Part shown: piece after piece, positions 10,028-20,131 of the stretch | Layout of the letters: each line of letters starts with the position of its first letter | Numbering within the stretch: position 1 is the first letter of the stretch | From: Thermoplasmatota archaeon | GTDB taxonomy: Archaea > Thermoplasmatota > Thermoplasmata > Halarchaeoplasmatales > Halarchaeoplasmataceae | Length of the DNA: 64,000 nucleotides | Assembly (NCBI GenBank): GCA_051745305.1 | Contig: JBNJDY010000001.1 | Coordinates: 2,065-66,064, forward strand | Reading direction: 5' to 3' | Program-made: the position numbers and the translations under genes | The notes under the pieces: model-generated | Told to the model about the DNA's origin: nothing | Databases searched by the model: none | What the model saw: only the letters and a program-made list of their open reading frames with translations

Positions 10028-10837
10028 ATGTTCAAGAATATACTCATAGCTACAGACGATTCCGAACTCATAAAAAATGCCATCAGATATACATCTAATG
10101 CTTTTCCGGATTCACAATACCATCTTTTAAATGTATTATACTCTACTGAATCAAGTGTTCCATCAACAGACATACTGATGAAAGACTTGAATCAAGCCTC
10201 TAAAAGAGCGATCCAAGACGGAGTTGAAATACTGCGAGATATGGGTATAGATAAAATCAAGAAAAGTGTTAGAGAAGGTGTTCCGAGTAAACAGATATTG
10301 AGATATGCGGAGGAAAATCATATAGATATGATCGTTATGGGAACCCAATCTAAATCTGGTATACAGACTTACGAGATAGGTAATACATGTATTCATACCT
10401 TAGAAAATACCACTATACCTGTGCTGCTTTTCGATACGATAGTCGATATAGTTGACCCCAAGAAGATTCTCCATCCAACAAGTGGAAGTAAATACTCTGT
10501 AGAAGCCGGTTATGTCGCAATAGAATTAGCTGAATACTTTAAAGGGAAAGTAAAAGTCCTATGTATCCGGGGAGATAAAGAAACTGAAGTTTCTTTCCGT
10601 AGATTGGAGACCTTTGCCGAGAAAAACAAAATATCTTTCAACATAAGTGCTTGTACTAAGAAACCAAACAAAGAAATTGTAAGAGAATCTAAAAAGAACG
10701 ATATAGTTGTCACTAGTCGTGGTAGACCTGGATTTAAGTACAAATTAAGAAAGATATATCCTCCATTCGCTCTTGGCACATTAGAAAGAGAGATTATTGT
10801 TGAGGCCAGGAAACCGGTACTCTTTGTAGGAGATTAA
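10028..10837 (+). CDS. Universal stress protein with tandem Usp domains
   Basis: MFKNILIATDDS parallels the start of 6465..7271. The listed ORF start at 9887 overlaps the permease by 94 bp and is probably too long. Confidence 0.7.
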   Translation: MFKNILIATDDSELIKNAIRYTSNAFPDSQYHLLNVLYSTESSVPSTDILMKDLNQASKRAIQDGVEILRDMGIDKIKKSVREGVPSKQILRYAEENHIDMIVMGTQSKSGIQTYEIGNTCIHTLENTTIPVLLFDTIVDIVDPKKILHPTSGSKYSVEAGYVAIELAEYFKGKVKVLCIRGDKETEVSFRRLETFAEKNKISFNISACTKKPNKEIVRESKKNDIVVTSRGRPGFKYKLRKIYPPFALGTLEREIIVEARKPVLFVGD

Positions 10838-10856
10838 TTCGGTTTATACATTCCGA

Positions 10857-12110
10857 TTATACAATAACACCGTATTTTGAACTCTCCCCCAGTTCCTCTT
10901 CTATCTCCATCAATCTGTTGTATTTAGCTGTTCTTTCTGAGCGAGCTGGAGCACCGGCCTTTATCTGACCTGAGGATAAAGCAACAGAAAGGTCTGCTAT
11001 AAAATCGTCACAGGTTTCTCCGGACCTATGAGATATTTGGACATCGTAACCATTTCTAATAGCCAAAGATGCAGCATTCATAGCCTCGGTTAAACTTCCG
11101 ATCTGATTTACTTTTAATAATAAACAATTACAAGCTCCTTTCTCTATACCCTTCTCTAACAATTCAGGGTTTGTTACAAAAAGATCATCTCCTATGATTT
11201 GGACACTATCACCGATTCTATCTGTAAGTTTAATGAATCCGTTCCAATCATCCTCAGATAGTGGATCCTCTATAGAGATCACCGGATATTCTTCTATTAA
11301 TCTTTCATAGAATTCTACCATATCTTCAGAAGTTAGAGTTTCTCCTGCGAATTGATAAGAATTGTTTTTGTAAAATTCTGAACCCGCACAATCTATGGCT
11401 AAATCTACAACCTTGTCATAGCCTGTTTCTTCAAGAGTTTCTAAAATTAAATCAAGTGGTTCAAAAGGATCACCTAGAGGGGGAGCATAACCGCCTTCAT
11501 CACCTACATTAGCTGCGGAATTACCATACTTAGAAACCAATTTGTTACCTAACTCATGATAGACTTCGGCTCCTATCCTAACTGCATCATGAATGTTTTC
11601 TGCTCCAGTTGGTGCGATCATATATTCCTGTATATCTAGATCATTGCCGGCATGTTCCCCACCATTTAGGACGTTCATGAAAGGAACAGGCAATAAAACG
11701 TCATTCAATCTTCCCAAATAACGGTATAGTGGTAATTCACTAGCATAGGCACCGGCTCTAGCAGCAGCCAATGAAACAGAAAGGATGGCATTTGCACCAA
11801 GATTACTTTTATCATCAGTACCGTCAAGATCGATCATAATCTTATCTATTTTGGACTGGTCTCTCACATCCATACCGAGTAACTCAGAGGCTATAACTTC
11901 GTTAACGTTATCCACAGGTTTTAAAACTCCTTTACCCCCGAATCTGGAACCGTTATCTCTTAATTCAAGAGCTTCCCCAACACCCGTTGAAGCACCAGAA
12001 GGGACTGCTGCTGTCCCTCTAGAAATTTCAGTCGTTACTGTGGTTTCAACTGTAGGATTACCTCTAGAATCTAATATCTCTCTTGCAGATACACCTATTA
12101 TTTCATACAT
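10857..12110 (-). CDS. eno: Enolase
   Basis: It has the SHRSGETCD motif, the IKLNQIGSLTEA-like motif and a full-length enolase fold. Confidence 0.95.
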   Translation of the reverse strand: MYEIIGVSAREILDSRGNPTVETTVTTEISRGTAAVPSGASTGVGEALELRDNGSRFGGKGVLKPVDNVNEVIASELLGMDVRDQSKIDKIMIDLDGTDDKSNLGANAILSVSLAAARAGAYASELPLYRYLGRLNDVLLPVPFMNVLNGGEHAGNDLDIQEYMIAPTGAENIHDAVRIGAEVYHELGNKLVSKYGNSAANVGDEGGYAPPLGDPFEPLDLILETLEETGYDKVVDLAIDCAGSEFYKNNSYQFAGETLTSEDMVEFYERLIEEYPVISIEDPLSEDDWNGFIKLTDRIGDSVQIIGDDLFVTNPELLEKGIEKGACNCLLLKVNQIGSLTEAMNAASLAIRNGYDVQISHRSGETCDDFIADLSVALSSGQIKAGAPARSERTAKYNRLMEIEEELGESSKYGVIV

Positions 12111-12240
12111 TATTAAACACCTAACTTTGATTTTAATCTATAATTAATACCTGGTATTTTATAGTAACGGGTTTAGTATCTTCATTAAACACTTCAATTT
12201 TAAGGGAAAATTCAATAAAAGAGTTATTATATAGGGTTCT

Positions 12241-13329
12241 ATGAACGGCAAAATCCCTGTAGCAGAGCCGTTAATAGAGGAGGAAGAAAAACGTGCCGTT
12301 CAGAAGGTACTAGAATCCGGGCAGATAGCAGCCGGTCCGAAAGTTAAAGAATTCGAAGACAAGTTTGCTGAGTATATCGGAGTTGAACATTCGATTGCAG
12401 TGAATTCAGGAACATCGGCCCTGATCACTTCGCTTTTAGCTGCAGGTGTGGGGAAGGGGGACGAGGTTATCGTTACACCATACAGTTTTGTATCAAGTGT
12501 GACCTCTGTCCTCCTGACTGGTGCTGAACCCGTTTTTGTAGATATCTCCTACGAAACGTTTTGTATAGAACCGGATAATATCGAAGAGAAAATCAGTGAA
12601 TCTACAAAGGCGATCGTTCCAGTTCATCTATACGGACAACCAGCAGATATGGGTGGGATAATTTCCATCGCCGATGAATATGGACTTTCTGTTATCGAAG
12701 ATTCCTGTCAAGCCCATGGAGCGGAATATAGAGGTGATAAAGTCGGTGGTATCGGTGATATCGGCTGCTTCTCGTTTTACGCTACTAAAAACATGATGAC
12801 CGGTGAAGGAGGTATGGTCACGACGGATAACGGGGAACTGGGTGAGAAAGTCCGGATGTTAAGGGAACACGGTAGAACTGGATATGGATACAATATCCCC
12901 GGATACAACTTTATGATGACTGATATAGAGGCCGCTTTAGGTATCGAACAGTTAAAAAAATTGGATTATATCAATGAAAAACGCAGAAAGAATGCTCAGA
13001 TATTAAATGATAGTCTCAAATCAGAGGAAGAAGCTGGGAATTTGAAAACACCTGCGGAGATTGAGGGAACTAAACATGTATATCACCAGTACGCCCTTAA
13101 AGTCGATGAAGAAAAAAGGGAAAGAGTTGTCAATGCAATGAGGAAAGCTGGGATGGGAGTTAGAGAAGGATACCAAAAACCGATCTATAAAGAAAAAGCT
13201 GTTGAAAAGGACATCGAGCTTACTAATGCAGAGAAAGCATGTAAGGAAGTCGTTTGGCTTCCAGTTCATCCACAGCTTGAAGCAGCTCACATGCGTAGGA
13301 TGTCATGGGGGTTAAAGCACTATCTCTAG
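12241..13329 (+). CDS. DegT/DnrJ/EryC1/StrS-family PLP aminotransferase (nucleotide-sugar aminotransferase)
   Basis: The FYATKNMMTGEGGMVTTD and AHGAEY motifs are typical of this family. Confidence 0.85.
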   Translation: MNGKIPVAEPLIEEEEKRAVQKVLESGQIAAGPKVKEFEDKFAEYIGVEHSIAVNSGTSALITSLLAAGVGKGDEVIVTPYSFVSSVTSVLLTGAEPVFVDISYETFCIEPDNIEEKISESTKAIVPVHLYGQPADMGGIISIADEYGLSVIEDSCQAHGAEYRGDKVGGIGDIGCFSFYATKNMMTGEGGMVTTDNGELGEKVRMLREHGRTGYGYNIPGYNFMMTDIEAALGIEQLKKLDYINEKRRKNAQILNDSLKSEEEAGNLKTPAEIEGTKHVYHQYALKVDEEKRERVVNAMRKAGMGVREGYQKPIYKEKAVEKDIELTNAEKACKEVVWLPVHPQLEAAHMRRMSWGLKHYL

Positions 13330-13376
13330 TTTGAACAATAGAAAATAATATTGGCTCCCATTACAATCCTTGATTT

Positions 13377-13991
13377 ATGACACGAGTATATATCGTTAGA
13401 CACGGTGAAACCGAGTGGAATCGGGAAGGGCGTTTTCAAGGATGGAAGGATTCACCTTTAACAGAAAAAGGTAGGGAACAAGTTGAATATTTAGCTGAAC
13501 GGTTGAAAGATCATCAAATCGATTATCTATATTCCAGCCCGTCCGGGAGGACGATTGAGACAGCTGAGGTAATAGCAAATGCTAATGACCTCGAGATCAT
13601 CGAAGAACAGGGTTTCAAGGAGATAAATCTCGGGGAGTTGGAAGGCAAAAGATCTGAGTGGATCGAGGCTAATCATCCTGATGTTATTCATGATTTCTGG
13701 AACGATCCTGAAAACTATGAACCAATATCTGGAGAGGATTTCTACGAGCTTAGAGAAAGAGTCATCGGCACGTTAAATGATCTCATAAGGAAACATTCAG
13801 ATGATCATGTCTTGATAGTCTCTCATGCTGCAGCATCTAAAACCATCTTATCACATTTTGAAGAGAGAGAACTCAGGGGGTTGTGGGACCCTCCAGAGGT
13901 GAAAGCTGCTAGTTTAAGTATGGTTGATATCAAGGGATATGAATCAGATATCAAACTATATGGAGATACTTCTCATTATAGTTTTGAATGA
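13377..13991 (+). CDS. Histidine-phosphatase family (phosphoglycerate-mutase-like) protein
   Basis: It has the RHGETEWN motif followed by a His near the C-terminus (VSHAA). Confidence 0.75.
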   Translation: MTRVYIVRHGETEWNREGRFQGWKDSPLTEKGREQVEYLAERLKDHQIDYLYSSPSGRTIETAEVIANANDLEIIEEQGFKEINLGELEGKRSEWIEANHPDVIHDFWNDPENYEPISGEDFYELRERVIGTLNDLIRKHSDDHVLIVSHAAASKTILSHFEERELRGLWDPPEVKAASLSMVDIKGYESDIKLYGDTSHYSFE

Positions 13992-13995
13992 AATA

Positions 13996-14220
13996 TCAAA
14001 ATTTTCTTCTTTCGGCAAACGTCATAATCAGAGCGATTATTACAAAAGCTGCCAAAGAATAGATTATACTGTTTGTAACTAGATATACCAAAACAGAAGC
14101 AGCCGTGGCAGGTAAAAACTCCAATATCAGTTTGAAGAATACCGAGATTATAATAACGATTAGAACTAGAATCAATATAGCTGCGCATGCTAACGTTCCA
14201 AGTTCCAATATTCCGAACAT
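13996..14220 (-). CDS. Small hypothetical membrane protein
   Basis: This 74 aa protein is predicted to have 2-3 TM helices. It has no family motif. Confidence 0.3.
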   Translation of the reverse strand: MFGILELGTLACAAILILVLIVIIISVFFKLILEFLPATAASVLVYLVTNSIIYSLAAFVIIALIMTFAERRKF

Positions 14221-14271
14221 GCTTTTAATATATTATTGATTATAGGTAAGGATTGTTATTTTTTCCTCGAT

Positions 14272-15174
14272 TTATAGTCTCTTTATAACGTATTCCTTAA
14301 ATAGCTCTTCAAATTCTTTCTGAGCAATTGTTTGATCGATTTCACGTTTTACAGGAGGTGTATCTTCGTACCCTGGGAGAATTTTTTGAATTCTTTCTTT
14401 AAACGTTGATTTCTTCTCGTTTTTTAGGAAGACTCCAGTGTATATCTTTTCTTCATCGTTTAACATCTTAAACGCATGGTTAATTTTGTCCTCGTCATCT
14501 TTGACTTCTGGATCATAGTTTTCGCCCAGTTGTTCAACATTGTTCTTTATATATTCCCATGTATGGATATCGTTGTAGGTAACACATGGTTGTAAAATAT
14601 CAATGAATGCTGTTCCTTCGTGTTGGATACCTTCCATTATCAATTCTTTCAATTGTTTCGGATCGAGAGCGGAACCCCTTGCCACGTATGTAAAACCACA
14701 TGTTAAAGCGAGTTTTAATGGTTCGACTGGATCCTGTATATTCGGTTTGAATAGTGCCTTTGTTTTAAGATCTTTATCTAAAGTTGGTGCTGCTTGACCC
14801 TTGGTTAACCCATAAACTCTGTTATCATGGAGTAAGATTGTCATATCGATATTTTTTCTACCGAGAGCTACGATATGTCCCGCACCTATGCCCAGAAGGT
14901 CACCGTCACCACCGTTGACTATTATGTCAAGTTCAGGATTCGATATCTTTATGCCCGTTGCAAAGGGGATAGCTCTACCATGAAGTGTATGGACTCCTGA
15001 AACATCTATGAAATGAGGTATCTTACCAGAGCATCCTATCCCTGAAACAACTACGGTGTTTTCTTTAGATAGTTCAAGTTCTTTAAAGGCTTTGTACATG
15101 CTGGAAACTATACCAAAGTCTCCACATCCTTTACACCAATCAACCCAAACATCGCTTTCATAATCATGGGCCAT
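14272..15174 (-). CDS. 2-oxoacid:ferredoxin oxidoreductase beta subunit (TPP-binding)
   Basis: The motifs CKGCGDFG, GIGCSGK and GGDGD are typical of the POR/KOR beta subunit. Confidence 0.9.
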   Translation of the reverse strand: MAHDYESDVWVDWCKGCGDFGIVSSMYKAFKELELSKENTVVVSGIGCSGKIPHFIDVSGVHTLHGRAIPFATGIKISNPELDIIVNGGDGDLLGIGAGHIVALGRKNIDMTILLHDNRVYGLTKGQAAPTLDKDLKTKALFKPNIQDPVEPLKLALTCGFTYVARGSALDPKQLKELIMEGIQHEGTAFIDILQPCVTYNDIHTWEYIKNNVEQLGENYDPEVKDDEDKINHAFKMLNDEEKIYTGVFLKNEKKSTFKERIQKILPGYEDTPPVKREIDQTIAQKEFEELFKEYVIKRL

Positions 15175-17026
15175 GTTCTATCACCTTCCTTTTATCTCCA
15201 TCTAAAATATCTTTGATGGCTTTTTTCACTTCCATGAGATGCATAGGTCTACCAGTGTATTTTACGATCTCATTCCCGATGGTAATACCGGTATTCATGG
15301 CTATAGACCTCTTTATTAAAGGCGTGTGAGTGTGTTCAACTGCTATGCAAGTTTCACATTTCGATAATATATCTTTGACTGAATCTGCTGGGAACGGAGA
15401 GAACATCTTTATGTGAAGATAAGCTCCATCTATCTCCTCAATAGCATCTAGACATACACCTTTCACAGAACCCCATCCGACGAGTATGAAATCTGGGTTA
15501 TCTGGTCCGAAATATTTGAATTGTTTTTCATCAGGGATTTCTTTAGATGCTAATTCTAGTTTTTCCATCCTCTTATCCTGCATCTTAACACGAGTTCCTG
15601 GATTTTCAGTGACGTTACCATAGTCATCGTGTTCACTTCCAGTATACCACATGACTTCCTGACCTAGAAAGGCTCTTTTTGAAACTGGGCCATCAGTGAA
15701 TCGTTTGTAATCTTTAGAACCACCTATATCACCCCTTCTAATTTCTATGTTGGAAGAGTCAGGGGATTTCATGTTAACAACAGAGTTGGCTAAGAATTTA
15801 TCGAGCATGTGTATGACTGGGACTTGGTATTCCTCTGCGAAGTTGAATGCTTCGACGGCGTCATAGAAGGCCTCTTCGTGATCGCCGGAACAGACGACTA
15901 TCTTGGGAATTTCACCGTGCGAGCCGTATAATGCTGAGAAAAGGTCGGATTGACCACCTCTAGTGGGCATACCCGTACTTGGTCCTCCCCTTTGATAATA
16001 AGTTACAACCACCGGGACCTCGTTGATACCTGCCCAACCGATCCCCTCGACCATTAGACTGTATCCAGGTCCGCTTGTAGCGGTAGCACTCCTTGCCCCG
16101 GTCAATGACGATCCGATAGCAGAATTGATAGCTGCGAGCTCGTCCTCTGTTTGAATAACCACTATATTCTTTTCTTCTCCATACTCTTCTAAAAAGAAGC
16201 TTTCGTCGGCTGCAGGAGTGATAGGATAGTAACTTTGGAATGAAATACCACCCATGATCTTACCCATGCCAACAGCATCGTTTCCATTGACTAGAAGACG
16301 TTTGTCTTCATTCAGTTCTGATTTTTTTAATTCTAAAGGTGATCCGAGATCGTCTTTTATTTTGCTGGAGATGAGTTCGACGAAAAACTTGTTCTGGTCT
16401 GCGATTTTTTCTTTACCTTTGAATTTCCGTTCTACCGCTACGTTTAGACTTTTTTCATCAAGACCTATAAGCCCAGATACTGCACCTATCAGTATAGAAC
16501 TAACATATCGAGACGCATGGGATGATGATAATTCGAAATTCTCTTGAAGCTCCTCTAAAAGGGCTTGAAAATCGAGAGGTATAGCGGTTATATCTTTTTC
16601 TTCCTCTAAGTATTGGATTAGTTCATTTATCTCGTTGCCTATATCATTCTTTTTGTAAGCTGATTTCAATTCGTGACTAATGCTTGGAATATCGTCGATG
16701 TTGGTATCTTCGGTGGAAACGTCGTAAACAACATATCCTTCCTCTTCAACATCCTCATAATGGGTAAAAAGAGTTTCTGCGTCCATGCATCCCAATAACT
16801 GGATAGGGTACGTCAAGGATCTTGGATAAGTTTTGGAAGAGATTTTACTGTGTACGTAACTATGTTTACCTTTTATGTTAGAATAGTACTCTCTGTCAGC
16901 TATAGAGCCGTAACCTTTGGAGGTCAAAGCGTACGTCAATATTTGGGCAGTAGTTTCAAGTCCGGCTCCCTGTTCACCACCAATGATGAATAATAATTCT
17001 TCTCTACTCATATTTTCAGTCTCCAA
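15164..17026 (-). CDS. 2-oxoacid:ferredoxin oxidoreductase alpha subunit (fused gamma-alpha; two-subunit OFOR type)
   Basis: This 620 aa protein has a gamma-like N-terminus followed by the alpha domain. It overlaps the beta gene by 11 bp. Confidence 0.9.
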   Translation of the reverse strand: METENMSREELLFIIGGEQGAGLETTAQILTYALTSKGYGSIADREYYSNIKGKHSYVHSKISSKTYPRSLTYPIQLLGCMDAETLFTHYEDVEEEGYVVYDVSTEDTNIDDIPSISHELKSAYKKNDIGNEINELIQYLEEEKDITAIPLDFQALLEELQENFELSSSHASRYVSSILIGAVSGLIGLDEKSLNVAVERKFKGKEKIADQNKFFVELISSKIKDDLGSPLELKKSELNEDKRLLVNGNDAVGMGKIMGGISFQSYYPITPAADESFFLEEYGEEKNIVVIQTEDELAAINSAIGSSLTGARSATATSGPGYSLMVEGIGWAGINEVPVVVTYYQRGGPSTGMPTRGGQSDLFSALYGSHGEIPKIVVCSGDHEEAFYDAVEAFNFAEEYQVPVIHMLDKFLANSVVNMKSPDSSNIEIRRGDIGGSKDYKRFTDGPVSKRAFLGQEVMWYTGSEHDDYGNVTENPGTRVKMQDKRMEKLELASKEIPDEKQFKYFGPDNPDFILVGWGSVKGVCLDAIEEIDGAYLHIKMFSPFPADSVKDILSKCETCIAVEHTHTPLIKRSIAMNTGITIGNEIVKYTGRPMHLMEVKKAIKDILDGDKRKVIEHGP

Positions 17027-17336
17027 CAGGACTGTCCTCAGCAGCTACATCGTCTGGATAAAACTCCCAAACGACCTTACCTTTGGTATGTTTCTTCAAT
17101 TCTTCCACATCGTAGATTGGTTTTTTACATGTCTCACAGTACACCCAACCCTGTTCTTCCAATACTTTTTCCACATCTTTGAATTTGATCTCTTTTGCTT
17201 CTGGACATTCGTGCTTGGAAAGAGACATCTGTTCCCTTTTCTTACAGAAACCAATGTAGTTATAGGAATCGTGAGAAATAAAATAGACACATTCTTTGCA
17301 AGTTTTCGACGACATTATATCACCTTGACATAACAA
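17016..17336 (-). CDS. Small Cys-rich zinc-ribbon/rubredoxin-like protein
   Basis: It has two CxxC pairs (CKEC...CETC) plus extra Cys residues. It overlaps the start of OFOR alpha by 11 bp on the same strand. Confidence 0.4.
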   Translation of the reverse strand: MLCQGDIMSSKTCKECVYFISHDSYNYIGFCKKREQMSLSKHECPEAKEIKFKDVEKVLEEQGWVYCETCKKPIYDVEELKKHTKGKVVWEFYPDDVAAEDSPVGD

Positions 17337-17431
17337 TGTAAAAAGTATTAATTAAATGTGTTTACTAAAATCATACAAATTCAAAAAAATATAAATCCAA
17401 TGGTGATTAATCAATTCGTGTGGCATAAATC

Positions 17432-17941
17432 ATGCAGGACGCGGAAAAAGTGATGAACAGGTTCTTGGAAGATTATGAAGAAGATCCAAATGGATGGAAG
17501 TTCTGGACCGATAAGTCTGGAGAGTTCTATGACATATATATCATACGTGAAGATACCGGATACTTCCTCAAGATCGATTCCATATATACACAGAATCCCA
17601 TCGGCAAAGGTACGAAGATCGATATAGACGGGGTGAAGATCGAAAGGGACCTTCCAAGTTTTGGGTACCGGCATTTCACCAGAGATGAACTGGAGAACTT
17701 TATGCACATCCTAGAAGAATGTAAGGATGATAAAGAAAAGGCACAAAAAGTTATCAAGAAAAAGATGAGTGAAAAACCTACACGATTATCATCTGTAGAT
17801 AAAGAGGGTGCCCTTATGATGGGACCTATAAACAAAGGGTATCCCTTCGATCCTGAAGATTCGAAGTACCAGAGGATTGACAAAGAATTGAAAAAGAAAT
17901 TACTCAAAAAGTTCAGGAACGAAAAGCCTATGTACCGTTAA
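17432..17941 (+). CDS. Hypothetical protein
   Basis: This 169 aa charged protein has no recognisable motif and good coding potential. Confidence 0.4.
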   Translation: MQDAEKVMNRFLEDYEEDPNGWKFWTDKSGEFYDIYIIREDTGYFLKIDSIYTQNPIGKGTKIDIDGVKIERDLPSFGYRHFTRDELENFMHILEECKDDKEKAQKVIKKKMSEKPTRLSSVDKEGALMMGPINKGYPFDPEDSKYQRIDKELKKKLLKKFRNEKPMYR

Positions 17942-17943
17942 TA

Positions 17944-18933
17944 TCAAAAGTGACCTCTCATAAATTCCGCTATGTTTTCTGGAGCCTTATTGGAAGATTT
18001 TTCACCTAGGAGCTTTTCTAATGAGAAAACGTCACACCAATAGTACTTATCAAAATTACTTCTAGCGACTATATCTACGACGGTTCTGTTCCTATTTTCT
18101 CCTAGTGGCGACATGAGCACGGAGATGTTGTATGAATTCTTCCCCATTTCGTAGTAACCCTTCAGAACATTAACGATACCCTGTGCCATCCCTTCTAAAT
18201 AGTCATTTTCTAAATCTGTAAAGTCTTCTAAACACACTCCTCTAACGTGTTCTAAGCCCAAAGGAGCAAAAGGAGTCTTCCATGTGAATCCATCGGATTC
18301 GGATATAAACCTCTCTCCGTTCTTTTCTTCCTTAACTAACTCCTTCCAGTACGATGTTTCGTTCTCGTCATAGAACCTTTCTTCAGAAGATAAGATCTGG
18401 TCCTGGTTCTCGAAAGGTGTCCCGGTCACCATGACTTGTATGTGGGGATGAGTTACGGTACTACCAGCGGGTTTCAGGTAGTTCATGATTATAGTTGGAA
18501 ATACGTCACTTTCGATCTTTGTTAATTTTTTAAGGTACCTTTGAACAAGCTTAAAAGCGTTCAGAAAATGTTCTTTTTTGAACTCGTCCAACCTTAGGTA
18601 ATGAGTTTTGGTTAAAGGTATCACCAACGAATACTCTGCATACGGGGAGATGTTGGATAACAGCGATGCTTCTCCTTCTTTCATCATCTCACCTTCCAAC
18701 ACCTTACAATCTCTCGCCCCGACAGTCTCGATATTTTCTGGACAGAAGGGACAGAAACCTTTCTCCATTTTATCCATATCTGCGCCTTTCTCCATGGGAA
18801 GAGGTTTTTCAAGTATTCTAGAAGTTCTACCTGTCAAAGGATCGTATCTGATCTCGACGGAAGTATCTTTAAACTCATCTTCAGATGGATCATAGAACTG
18901 GCTGGTTTCGACTTCTTTCTTGAATTCTATCAT
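17944..18933 (-). CDS. Galactose-1-phosphate uridylyltransferase (GalT/HIT-like) family protein
   Basis: It has a CPFCPEN zinc motif and the HPHIQ nucleotidyl-transfer motif. Confidence 0.7.
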   Translation of the reverse strand: MIEFKKEVETSQFYDPSEDEFKDTSVEIRYDPLTGRTSRILEKPLPMEKGADMDKMEKGFCPFCPENIETVGARDCKVLEGEMMKEGEASLLSNISPYAEYSLVIPLTKTHYLRLDEFKKEHFLNAFKLVQRYLKKLTKIESDVFPTIIMNYLKPAGSTVTHPHIQVMVTGTPFENQDQILSSEERFYDENETSYWKELVKEEKNGERFISESDGFTWKTPFAPLGLEHVRGVCLEDFTDLENDYLEGMAQGIVNVLKGYYEMGKNSYNISVLMSPLGENRNRTVVDIVARSNFDKYYWCDVFSLEKLLGEKSSNKAPENIAEFMRGHF

Positions 18934-18947
18934 GTTACATATTTAAG

Positions 18948-19229
18948 ATGAACAAATGTTTAATATCTTTATCGGATGTAAAAATGATGAATGAAAAAGT
19001 GAAAATAGGGATCGCACTACTGATTTTTGGAGCTTTGGCGATCTCAGTAGTTTTCGCTTTGATGTCCCTTGATATCGAAGAGGAGGAACAAGAAGGGATA
19101 GATGGTGGGCAAGAACAGGTTACTACCGTAGATTTGATAGCTAGGGCAGGCGGGTTCTGCAGTGCCATATTTTTGATTAGCGGGATTATTGTTGTTATTT
19201 ACTATTATAATAGATCTGGAACCTCTTGA
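18948..19229 (+). CDS. Small hypothetical membrane protein
   Basis: It has two predicted TM helices flanking an acidic loop. Confidence 0.3.
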   Translation: MNKCLISLSDVKMMNEKVKIGIALLIFGALAISVVFALMSLDIEEEEQEGIDGGQEQVTTVDLIARAGGFCSAIFLISGIIVVIYYYNRSGTS

Positions 19230-20003
19230 TCAAAATTCTCCGAATCCGACGGTCACTAGACTCATCTCTTCAGGATCGTATTCCCCACCTGTTTTATAAC
19301 CTAAAACGATCCCATCACATGGCGATTTTACAGTTTCCGAATCTAGATATCCAACGACATCACCTTCTTTGATTATATCTTCAAGTTCAACATCAGGTTC
19401 GAATACTCCCTCACCGTCTGGGTTGAAGCGATCGTATTCCCTGATAAATTGAACTTCTTTTTCGGGTTCTTCTCCAGCGATAAAGCGTTTCAAAGCTGAT
19501 CTCACTATATCTATCTCATTCCTCAACCAGTTAGCGCCGCCTGCTTCGATTATCATGGATGGGATACCTATCTTTGACAGTTCTATGAACAATTGTCCTT
19601 CAGCACCTAAACTCTGGACAGCATATTTTATACCCACTTTTTTACAGAGTTCTTCATTGAAGTCATATTCCAGTTTTGTCAACATGTACGGGATACATTT
19701 ACTCTCATCTCCATAGGTGTGGAGGTCTATAACGGCATCGAACTTTTTCGCCTTTTGAAAGATATCATGGGCGATTACTTCAGAACGTGTACCATCTTTA
19801 TTACCGGGAAAAATTCTGTTCAGATCCTTACAATCAACTGGATTCTCTCGCTGACGTGCCTCGATGGCTTTTAGATTTATATCTGGAATCACTTCTACTT
19901 GTTCAATTCCTCTCCCTTCAAGCCAACCTTTGATCTCCCTAGCTACAAACATAGAGCCGATCTCGTTCCCGTGAACCCCGGCTGTTATGAGTATGTTTTT
20001 CAT
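19230..20003 (-). CDS. Succinylglutamate desuccinylase/aspartoacylase (AstE/AspA) family zinc hydrolase
   Basis: The N-terminal ITAGVHGNE motif and the overall length fit this family. Confidence 0.8.
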   Translation of the reverse strand: MKNILITAGVHGNEIGSMFVAREIKGWLEGRGIEQVEVIPDINLKAIEARQRENPVDCKDLNRIFPGNKDGTRSEVIAHDIFQKAKKFDAVIDLHTYGDESKCIPYMLTKLEYDFNEELCKKVGIKYAVQSLGAEGQLFIELSKIGIPSMIIEAGGANWLRNEIDIVRSALKRFIAGEEPEKEVQFIREYDRFNPDGEGVFEPDVELEDIIKEGDVVGYLDSETVKSPCDGIVLGYKTGGEYDPEEMSLVTVGFGEF

Positions 20004-20131
20004 GATTTATTAATACATATCCGTCTATTTTACGGTTTTCATAGGATATGTTTGGTCATTAGAAGGTTATCTTACGGCCATATAAAAAAATATATATGTA
20101 ATTATATCTTTCCACTTTATAGAGGGATATC

